From contig CAYUTF010000063.1 in the NCBI GenBank assembly GCA_964447495.1, positions 1 to 19,861 of the forward strand: a DNA stretch of 19,861 bases. Reading direction: 5' to 3'. The notes under the pieces are model-generated. The model made no database searches. It saw nothing but the letters and a program-made list of their open reading frames with translations, and had not been told where the DNA came from. The position numbers and the translations under genes were made by a program. Source of the DNA: an uncultured archaeon. Lineage in GTDB: Archaea; Asgardarchaeota; Lokiarchaeia; Sigyniarchaeales; SOKP01. Below are positions 1-7,489 of the stretch, one piece after another (position 1 is the stretch's first letter; every line of letters begins with the position of its first letter).

Positions 1-1
1 T

Positions 2-37
2 GAGCATTTAGAGAATGAAAATATTAAATTAATTTAG
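2..37 (+). CDS. Possible 3' end of a gene entering from the left edge (...EHLENENIKLI*)
   Basis: Open frame from base 2 to TAG at 35-37, convergent with the APH gene; too short to identify. Confidence 0.25.
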   Translation, partial: EHLENENIKLI

Positions 38-95
38 ATTATGTTAAGTTTAACAAAATTAGAAAGAAATCAAAAATTAATATGAACAAACATAT

Positions 96-1031
96 TTAAT
101 TTAATGATTGCATTTTATCCTCGAGCAATTGAAATCCAGCATTAACCATATCAGGGAGGTTATACTCTAATCCATATATAACATACGGGAGAAAATTGGA
201 TCCATAAAAGAATTTTCTTCTTTCATTAAAATTTGAGCCTACATCCCCTTGATAAGCGGAAATAATCTTATTATTGAAGTATTCGCCTTCCTTGAAAAAC
301 AAAAAATCAGCAGCTGGGTCGTAAATATTAGCGTCTTCGAAATCGATGAAACCTGTGATTTTATAAGAAGCAGGATCAACTAAAATATTTGAAGTATCAA
401 AATCTCCATGAATTACGACTGGTTTAAACATAAAGTTCTTAGAATCGTTTAGAAATTTAGAGAAAAGGTGACTTATCCACGCTTTTTGGTTAGAATTCAT
501 TAATGGAAATACTTGTTTATTAATCGTATCATAATATTCATTCCACCGCTGTTCATATTCTTTTAGATTAAAGTTCAGGTTAAATTCTCTTATTATCGCA
601 TCCTTTAGTTGATCAGAATGGAGTTGGGATAAAAATTCGCCAATCTCTAATGCAATATGATTCTGTTGAGATTTTGAAGTATGATGGAAACAGCGTGATA
701 AACTAACACCCTCAATTTTTTCATATCCTACAAAAGTATTCTCTTTTTCAATAGAAACATAGACAGGATCGGGGATAATAAATGATAAAAATTTCCTAAT
801 TATGTTTAACAATTTTATCTCCTTTTGCATGAGCCTTACTCCCTTTTGATTTCGAAGCGTGTTATCTGGGAAGCGAAAAATGTACTTATTTTTGACCTCA
901 AACACATTATAAGTACCATGATAGAGAAAGCGGATATCTGATTTTTCGATATCATGAAAAAACATGAATAAAGATTTGATCACTTCAGATACGCTAATAT
1001 CTGGTTTTCTTGTCTCTTCGAAATTAGACAT
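96..1031 (-). CDS. Aminoglycoside phosphotransferase (APH)/choline kinase-like family phosphotransferase
   Basis: N-lobe YIFRFP, Brenner motif HGDFDTSNILV, metal-binding GFIDFED followed by DPAADF. CTTATATT lies 21 nt upstream of the ATG with no SD, suggesting a leaderless mRNA. Confidence 0.9.
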   Translation of the reverse strand: MSNFEETRKPDISVSEVIKSLFMFFHDIEKSDIRFLYHGTYNVFEVKNKYIFRFPDNTLRNQKGVRLMQKEIKLLNIIRKFLSFIIPDPVYVSIEKENTFVGYEKIEGVSLSRCFHHTSKSQQNHIALEIGEFLSQLHSDQLKDAIIREFNLNFNLKEYEQRWNEYYDTINKQVFPLMNSNQKAWISHLFSKFLNDSKNFMFKPVVIHGDFDTSNILVDPASYKITGFIDFEDANIYDPAADFLFFKEGEYFNNKIISAYQGDVGSNFNERRKFFYGSNFLPYVIYGLEYNLPDMVNAGFQLLEDKMQSLN

Positions 1032-1127
1032 GTTTAATGTGGGGTAGATTTGAATATAAGAGCTAATAGATTATGATTAACTATTACTAAATTAAGAATA
1101 ATAAAGTTTTTTATAATATTTAATCTA

Positions 1128-1346
1128 CTAAAGGAATTCACATAACAAAATTTTTTTAAATTCAGGATCTCTATTATTGAAGGGAATTTCCTCATCTCCC
1201 GAATAGATATCAATTGAAGGGGTTTTTTTAAAGAAATCAGAATAAGAGGTAAAGGCATTTGTAAAGTCAAATTCTTCTACTTCTAAATCTAAAATAATAT
1301 TTTCATCAAAAATTTCATGTTCAACTTTTACAGATTTGAAACTCAA
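1128..1346 (-). CDS. Small acidic hypothetical protein (~72 aa)
   Basis: Within ORF 1128..1415. TTG at 1346 is preceded by SD-like GAGTGAT; protein-like composition (SFKSVKVEHEIFDENIILDLEVEEFDF...); tandem TAG TAG stop. Confidence 0.6.
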   Translation of the reverse strand: MSFKSVKVEHEIFDENIILDLEVEEFDFTNAFTSYSDFFKKTPSIDIYSGDEEIPFNNRDPEFKKILLCEFL

Positions 1347-1515
1347 TTTAATCACTCTTATCTTTTTTATATAAATTAAATTTATTGAGGTAATATATAT
1401 TGAAACAGTCGACAAATTTAGTGATAAAAATAAAAAGTGAATATAAAGAGCTATCTATGAACTAAATATCCTTGAATTGCTAGCGCTTTTATCTATAAAA
1501 AATTTAAAAAAAAAA

Positions 1516-3111
1516 TTAGAATTTATTTTTAAGAATTTTTTCGTTCTTTTTTCTTTGTAGATTGATAATTATGAGTGCAAAGCAAGTTATGAATATGAAT
1601 GCTAGATACCAATCTCCTAAGGGTATGCCATTCTCTTCGACGGAAGTTGGAGAATATATCACCCGCTGAGCATATACATCACCCTGATCTACTCTTCTGT
1701 CATACCATGTAACAATGGCTCCACCTTCACCATCATTTGTTAAATAGGCAGCATCTTGGTCATTTTCTGCATTACAGATAACAGAACCATTTGACTGCCA
1801 GAGAGCATCACCTTCAGAATTTATTCTTTGAGCATAAACATCTTCATCTCCATTTCTGTCATCAATCCAAGCTAGAATAGCCCCGCCCTTTCCATCATTG
1901 ATTATTCCTGAGAGCCATTGGTCATAATATGCATTGCAAAGACATTTGCCATTTGAAGCCCATTGAATATTACCATTTGGATCTAATTTCTGGGCATAAA
2001 TTTCATACTCTGTTACCATACCACCTCTCCCATCTGTCCAAGCGATTATTGCTCCTCCACTATTATCGACGCAAAGATGAGGGCTATATTGATCGGGTAA
2101 AATTGTACAAATAGCTTTCCCATCATAATGCCATTGAGAAACTCCATCTTCATTAATTCTATCGGCATAAATATCTGTACCAGTTAATACAATATCTCTA
2201 AAATCTGACCAAGCAATAATGGCTCCACCGAAGCCATCGCTAGACATTATTAACGAGCTGGCATCTCCACCTGTGGAAGTACAGATTCCAGTACCATTTT
2301 CTGTCCATAACATATTACCATTTCCTGCTATTCTTTGAGTATAAATATCTATCCCAAATGCAGAATTTCTCCAATCTACCCATGCGATAATTGCTCCTCC
2401 AGCACCATCTGAGCAAATAACAGGGTCTCCTTGATATTCAGCTAAATTACATATCGCTGTGCCATTATCATCCCATAGAGTATTTCCAGCTGCACTAATA
2501 TGTTGAGCATATACATCTTCATCTCCATTTCTCTCATCACGCCAAGTTATAATAGCCCCACCGCTACCATCGCTACAAAGATCCGCATCATATTGGAAAC
2601 TATTATCATTGCAGATTATTGTTCCATTAATATCCCATAATAGCGCTCCATTACTATCAACTCGTTGAGCATAGATATCACCTAAATCATCTCTCTCATC
2701 GACCCATACAACTAACGCCCCACCTAATCCATCGCAACACATCTTTATAAACCCTTGACTATCATTGTAATCACAGATTACAGTACCATAAATATCCCAT
2801 AACGAAACTCCATTTGAATTAACTTTTTGAGCATAAATATCATTATATGGGCTATGTCTTCTATCACTCCACACTATTATAGTATTACCAAAATTATCAC
2901 TACATGACCCTATAGGTGCTTGCGAATTGATTTCTGAGCATATTACTGTGCCATTTGGGCCCCATTGAATTTGAGGATTAGATTGAGAAGTCTTTAGAGA
3001 AATATGATCTTCTGGTATATTCGTTATATAAAAGTAATTACCTTGTATAACCATTGTTAAATTAAAAATCACAAAAAACAAGCATATTCCTTGAAATAAA
3101 CGTGATTTCAT
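1516..3111 (-). CDS. Secreted, C-terminally membrane-anchored repeat protein (8 x ~56 aa, beta-propeller-like)
   Basis: N-terminal signal peptide; 8 repeats of W-x2-3-G-x2-IC-x5-Q...(C)SDG-x-GGAII-x-W-x-D-x-R...DIYAQRI; C-terminal GIPLG-TM-RKK tail; SD-like AAGTGAT upstream. Confidence 0.85.
   Translation of the reverse strand: MKSRLFQGICLFFVIFNLTMVIQGNYFYITNIPEDHISLKTSQSNPQIQWGPNGTVICSEINSQAPIGSCSDNFGNTIIVWSDRRHSPYNDIYAQKVNSNGVSLWDIYGTVICDYNDSQGFIKMCCDGLGGALVVWVDERDDLGDIYAQRVDSNGALLWDINGTIICNDNSFQYDADLCSDGSGGAIITWRDERNGDEDVYAQHISAAGNTLWDDNGTAICNLAEYQGDPVICSDGAGGAIIAWVDWRNSAFGIDIYTQRIAGNGNMLWTENGTGICTSTGGDASSLIMSSDGFGGAIIAWSDFRDIVLTGTDIYADRINEDGVSQWHYDGKAICTILPDQYSPHLCVDNSGGAIIAWTDGRGGMVTEYEIYAQKLDPNGNIQWASNGKCLCNAYYDQWLSGIINDGKGGAILAWIDDRNGDEDVYAQRINSEGDALWQSNGSVICNAENDQDAAYLTNDGEGGAIVTWYDRRVDQGDVYAQRVIYSPTSVEENGIPLGDWYLAFIFITCFALIIINLQRKKNEKILKNKF
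1828..2532. repeat. Intragenic direct repeat, 29/30 nt identical (1828-1857 and 2503-2532)
   Basis: ttgagcata(a/t)acatcttcatctccatttct; both copies encode RNGDEDVYAQ in repeats 7 and 3; 675 nt apart. Confidence 0.9.
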
Positions 3112-3244
3112 ACAATCACTTCTAAATTGATTTGGATTTCTAAATAAATTAGAATAATTATTTTTTAAGAAATCTGAATATTTAACAATTATTTCAAATT
3201 GGGTTGGAAAAAATTATTTATTTTTATTTGGAATATTATTCCTC

Positions 3245-3535
3245 ATGCCAATTTATATATTAGCAACTAAATTACAAAATCCTGATTTAGTTGATAGAAG
3301 AAAAGAACAAGGAGAAAAATGGTTAAGTCTAGTTAAAGAAAAGGTCCCAAATATTAAATGGATTGCTCACTATGCAATCTTAGGTCCATACGATTTTCTT
3401 GATATATTTGAAGCTAATAGCGAACAAGAAGCAGCAAAAGTTTCATTATTATCACGAGCTGCAGGAGCTATATTCGCAGAGAGTTGGACTGCTATTCCAT
3501 ATTCAAATTTTCTAGAATTGCTTGATAGTTTATAA
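3245..3535 (+). CDS. GYD domain-containing protein
   Basis: 96 aa, MPIYILATKL start, LGPYDFLDIFEA motif, C-terminal ESWTAIP, typical of the GYD family. Confidence 0.85.
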   Translation: MPIYILATKLQNPDLVDRRKEQGEKWLSLVKEKVPNIKWIAHYAILGPYDFLDIFEANSEQEAAKVSLLSRAAGAIFAESWTAIPYSNFLELLDSL

Positions 3536-3578
3536 TAATTGATAGTATCTGAATTCAGGATTTTTAATCCAAGATAAC

Positions 3579-4067
3579 CTAATCAAGGTTTTCATTTTCA
3601 AGTATTTCTTTTAAGCTTGTTCCTTCTTTAATGACATTAAGAATCATATGGGTATTTGTTCGCTCAACATTGGGAGATTTATGAATATCTTTTATCATAG
3701 CGCTTAATTGTGTTCTCGATTTAAATCGAGCCATGACTAATGCATCGTAGGTACCAGTAATATCATATACTCCAAAAACATTGGGATTGGCAGCAATTTT
3801 TTCCTCTACTTCAAGCATTTGACCCTTCGAAACTGTGATTTCTATAAACGCTATTATATTATAGCCTAATTTCTCGAAATTTATCTGTGCCCCATACCCT
3901 TCTATTATTCCTTTCTCTTCAAGGTCCTCAACATGTTTCTTAATGGTCACAGGTGATTTATTGAGTTCACTTGCTATTTTATTAAAAGCTATACGTCCAT
4001 CTTTGCTTAAAATCTTTAGTATTCCTACATCTACATTATCTATAGATGAGTTTTTTGAATTTTCCAT
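3579..4067 (-). CDS. Lrp/AsnC family transcriptional regulator
   Basis: N-terminal HTH (ILKILSKDGRIAFNKIASELNKSPVTIKKHVEDLEEKGII) and RAM domain (VYDITGTYD). ATG at 4067 preferred because the upstream GTGA looks like an SD. Confidence 0.95.
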   Translation of the reverse strand: MENSKNSSIDNVDVGILKILSKDGRIAFNKIASELNKSPVTIKKHVEDLEEKGIIEGYGAQINFEKLGYNIIAFIEITVSKGQMLEVEEKIAANPNVFGVYDITGTYDALVMARFKSRTQLSAMIKDIHKSPNVERTNTHMILNVIKEGTSLKEILENENLD

Positions 4068-4242
4068 ACTAATCACAATTAATTGCTTATATTTTTTTAT
4101 TTAATTAGCCTTCAAACAAGTTAGATTTCAGTTGTGAATTGGTATAAGATTCTATATTTTAAATTATACTTATATTTTTGGAGAGTTTTTCTTCTATAAT
4201 TTATTAACTTGTGTTTTATTATCGCAAAATTTGACGATTTTT

Positions 4243-5847
4243 ATGCATGATACAGGCAACATGAAGGCTATTATCCCCGAACCTGTGGGAATGGTTTACA
4301 AGTCTAGCCATTTTATTATAAACAAGGATACTCTTATTCTATTTGGTAAAAGCTCAGAATCAATCTGCTTATTTTTAAAAAGTTTCCTTGAGACGGAGTT
4401 CAATTTAAATCTAAATAGTCAAAAATTGAACAAGATCAAAAAAAAGAATAATTGTATAGTTATCGAAGTTAATAAGCTTAAGATTGACAGCTATGAAGCT
4501 TATCAATTAAATATCACCGAAGATAAGATAAATATCACTGCTTCTTTAGAAAATGGACTTTTTTATGGAATACAAACTTTAATTCAACTGATTTATAAGG
4601 ACAACCCAAATTTTGGTATAGATAATGAACTTGTAAAGCTAAATTGTTTAGAAATTATGGATTATCCGCGATTCCAATGGCGAGGATTTATGTTAGATGA
4701 GGCTCGGAATTTTTTTGGAAAAGATATTGTAAAAAACATTCTTGATAACATGGCTTCACTAAAATTTAATATATTTCATTGGCATTTAACCGATGATCAA
4801 GGATGGAGAATAGAGATTAAGAAGTACCCTCTGCTTACTGAAATTGGATCGAGGAGAAAAGGAACGGATGTATCTAAACATAAGGGTTTTGTGCATTCAA
4901 GTATAAAAAAAGTTGAAACTGATGGGATACCTGTATATGGATATTATACACAAGAGGATATTAAAGAAATTATCGATTATGCTGCGGAGAGATATATTAC
5001 GGTTATCCCTGAAATCGACATTCCAGGACATACCATGGCGTTACTTGCAGCTTACCCCGAATTAAGTTGTACAGGAGGCCCATTTGAAGTTGGGACTCGA
5101 TTCGGCATATATAAAGATGTTCTGTGTATTGGAAAAGAGATTGTTTTCAAATATATAGAAAATATACTAAGCGAAATTATTGAGTTATTTCCTTCCGAAT
5201 ATATTCATATTGGGGGTGATGAGACTCCCAGAACGAGATGGAAAAGATGTCCGAATTGTCAAGCTAGAATGAAGCGTGAACATATTCATAATGTTGATAC
5301 GCTTCAAACCTATTTTACGAATAGAGTTGCAGAATTTATCTTGGCTCATGGAAAGAGAATAATATGCTGGAATGAAACAATCGAGAAAAATCTAAACAAA
5401 GAATTATATTGCCAATATTGGAATGCTCATTTTGAAAGAGTCATTAAGGAATTGATAGATGGAAGAAAAGTTATTATTTCAGAAGCAAATCATGTCTATC
5501 TAAATTATCCATACAAAGTAAATTCTTTAGAAAATACCTATCATTATGATCCAATTCCTATCGCCTTAAATGAAGAACATCATAAGAATATCATAGGAAT
5601 TGAGGCTTGTCTTTGGACTGAATATGTCAAAACACGAGCAAAATTAGATTGGCATCTATTTCCTCGCTTATTGGCAATCGCTGAAATCGGCTGGACTCAA
5701 AAAAATAATAAGAATTATCGTGAATTTGAAAAACGCCTTGATATTTACTTAAAAAGCCTCCAAAAAAAACAGATTAATTTTGCTCAAAAAGAGGAGTATG
5801 AAGGAAAATTTACAACAATTGCTAAAAATTATTTCGATAATAATTAG
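4243..5847 (+). CDS. Beta-N-acetylhexosaminidase, glycoside hydrolase family 20
   Basis: DYPRFQWRGFMLDEAR, FHWHLTDDQGWR, PEIDIPGH, catalytic HIGGDE, ACLWTE, FPRLLAIAE. Start uncertain (ATG 4243 or 4261); no signal peptide. Confidence 0.95.
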   Translation: MHDTGNMKAIIPEPVGMVYKSSHFIINKDTLILFGKSSESICLFLKSFLETEFNLNLNSQKLNKIKKKNNCIVIEVNKLKIDSYEAYQLNITEDKINITASLENGLFYGIQTLIQLIYKDNPNFGIDNELVKLNCLEIMDYPRFQWRGFMLDEARNFFGKDIVKNILDNMASLKFNIFHWHLTDDQGWRIEIKKYPLLTEIGSRRKGTDVSKHKGFVHSSIKKVETDGIPVYGYYTQEDIKEIIDYAAERYITVIPEIDIPGHTMALLAAYPELSCTGGPFEVGTRFGIYKDVLCIGKEIVFKYIENILSEIIELFPSEYIHIGGDETPRTRWKRCPNCQARMKREHIHNVDTLQTYFTNRVAEFILAHGKRIICWNETIEKNLNKELYCQYWNAHFERVIKELIDGRKVIISEANHVYLNYPYKVNSLENTYHYDPIPIALNEEHHKNIIGIEACLWTEYVKTRAKLDWHLFPRLLAIAEIGWTQKNNKNYREFEKRLDIYLKSLQKKQINFAQKEEYEGKFTTIAKNYFDNN

Positions 5848-5944
5848 AGAACCTAAATTAAAATACAATAAAAAACTATATCAGAGTAAGATAGCAAAGC
5901 AATTTTACTTGTCATTTTCTATTTATATGAGAGGATAATAAACT

Positions 5945-6331
5945 ATGCCAATATTTAAAAAACGTACTAGGGAGATCGAAGAACAATTTGCAAGGAAAGA
6001 TGTTCTATTAACCAGCAGAGGAGCAAACTTTTTTGGTCAAGAATCAAAGGGATTAGGTCAGGTTCGGGGTAATGGGGTCTTAATCTTGACTACAAATGAG
6101 TTATATTTTGGGATGTGGACACCAAAAAAGGAGTTAAAAATACCAATTCTCGCTATTAAATCAATCGAAAACCCCAAATCATTTCTTGGTAAATCAGTAT
6201 TTAGAAAATTATTGAAAATTACATTTGTAAATGATTTGGGTGATTTAGATGCTGCGGCATGGTATGTGAAAGATTTAGATTCGTGGGCTCACGAGTTAGC
6301 ACGATTAATGAGGAGTATAAAGAATTTTTAA
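5945..6331 (+). CDS. PH-fold/GRAM-like domain protein
   Basis: GNGVLILTTNELYF...LKIPILAIKSIE...LLKITF strands plus a C-terminal W-containing helix (DSWAHELARL); SD GAGG upstream. Confidence 0.65.
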   Translation: MPIFKKRTREIEEQFARKDVLLTSRGANFFGQESKGLGQVRGNGVLILTTNELYFGMWTPKKELKIPILAIKSIENPKSFLGKSVFRKLLKITFVNDLGDLDAAAWYVKDLDSWAHELARLMRSIKNF

Positions 6332-6350
6332 AAGATTTTGTGAAATTATC

Positions 6351-6827
6351 ATGAATGAAGAAAAAATTCCAGTTTTGAATAACTTAAAAATCGATCAATT
6401 GGGTTATGTCTATAAAGATGTTGAAAAGCAAGCGCAAATCTTAGAATCAATATACAATATTCCCAAAATAACGTTTTTTGAATTCCATGATCAATCAATA
6501 ATATACCATGGAAGGCAAACGAAAAATTCTATAAAACTAGGAACCACTCAATATTTCAATATAAATATTGAGTTAATCCAACCTTTAGATGGAGAGAATA
6601 TATATCAAGAATTTATTGATGGTGGACGAGAAGGATTTCACCATATTGGTATGTATGTTGATAATCTCGATTCTTCTATTGAGGCATTTAAAAAGAAGGG
6701 GATTAATGCTCTCCAAATCGGCCAAATTGTGAAAATGCATTACGCCTATATGGATACTGAAGATACTTTTGGGATTATCATCGAACTCTTGAAGATCATT
6801 ACTAAACAAAAAAGGAAAGACAAATAA
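6351..6827 (+). CDS. VOC/glyoxalase superfamily protein (methylmalonyl-CoA epimerase-like)
   Basis: IDQLGYVYKDVE, IELIQP, EGFHHIG, YAYMDT...GIIIEL; 19 nt downstream of the previous gene. Confidence 0.9.
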   Translation: MNEEKIPVLNNLKIDQLGYVYKDVEKQAQILESIYNIPKITFFEFHDQSIIYHGRQTKNSIKLGTTQYFNINIELIQPLDGENIYQEFIDGGREGFHHIGMYVDNLDSSIEAFKKKGINALQIGQIVKMHYAYMDTEDTFGIIIELLKIITKQKRKDK

Positions 6828-6846
6828 CTTTTTTTTTCACTTTTTT
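6828..6846 (+). terminator. Putative archaeal oligo-T terminator
   Basis: T9 and T6 tracts immediately after the VOC stop codon. Confidence 0.5.
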
Positions 6847-7020
6847 GATATTTATATATTAATATAAGTTCATTTTTTGACTTAGAAAATGGATAATAAA
6901 TAGATTTTTTATGAAAAAAGTATGCTCAACATTAGAAGTTTTGATGAGAAACTAATAATTTATATATCTTGATACATATAATAATAGTATAAAATTTATT
7001 TTTGAATTGAAGGTTTAACA

Positions 7021-7434
7021 ATGCATGGATTAAAATGCGCAGTTTGTGGCAAAGAATATTTTTACGACAGTAAAATTTGCCGAGAATGTCGAGATTATGC
7101 GATATATAGTGGATTGACAAAAGGGGACTTTTTTGTCGGTAATTCTGTAAATATTAATTATAAATGGAATTGTACGCAATTTTTAACGCGAGATTCCAAT
7201 ACTATTACTGAATCAACAAGTAATAAACGTAATTTCTGTATTACAAAAGAACCGAAGAATTACAAAATCGAGAGTAATGTTAATTATAAATGGAATCCTG
7301 GCTCTATTACTAAATTGAAAACATGTTTAGAAGAATCGATAAAGCAGGCAAATTTAGATCTTAGTCCTGAAATATTGGATGATTTATTGGACTTTATAAA
7401 GGTTAGATCGGGCTCAATATTAAGCTATGAGTAA
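7021..7434 (+). CDS. Hypothetical protein with N-terminal CxxC-x10-CxxC zinc finger
   Basis: CAVC...CREC; internal duplicated NYKWN motif; SD-like GAAGGT before the ATG. Confidence 0.75.
   Translation: MHGLKCAVCGKEYFYDSKICRECRDYAIYSGLTKGDFFVGNSVNINYKWNCTQFLTRDSNTITESTSNKRNFCITKEPKNYKIESNVNYKWNPGSITKLKTCLEESIKQANLDLSPEILDDLLDFIKVRSGSILSYE
7150..7296 (+). repeat. Intragenic direct repeat, 20/21 nt (7150-7170 and 7276-7296)
   Basis: aat(a/g)ttaattataaatggaat, 126 nt apart, in frame, encoding N(I/V)NYKWN. Confidence 0.85.
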
Positions 7435-7489
7435 AAAAAAGAAGTAAGAGTAAAGACTTAAATGAAAAAATGCAAACTATGAAGAAATT

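Noticed and set aside
96-1031. Calling the kinase an antibiotic-resistance gene
   Set aside because: Only fold-level motifs are visible; substrate cannot be inferred and there is no mobile-element context.
1092-1130. Pyrrolysine readthrough at TAG TAG
   Set aside because: Two consecutive ambers followed by only 10 codons and TAA; no pyl genes or homology support.
1034-1270. 78-aa minus-strand ORF, or a frameshifted continuation of the 72-aa ORF
   Set aside because: Overlaps the better-supported 1128..1346 ORF; the I/L/N/K-rich tail looks like translated AT-rich intergenic DNA and covers the APH promoter.
1660-2970. Periodic DNA repeats resembling a CRISPR array or DGR template/variable repeat pair
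   Set aside because: The periodicity (~170 nt) is explained by in-frame protein repeats; no constant repeat-spacer structure, cas genes or reverse transcriptase.
3549-3570. Palindrome CTGAATTCAG and small GGATT/AATCC hairpin between the convergent GYD and Lrp genes
   Set aside because: Too short to distinguish from chance; no supporting copies noticed.
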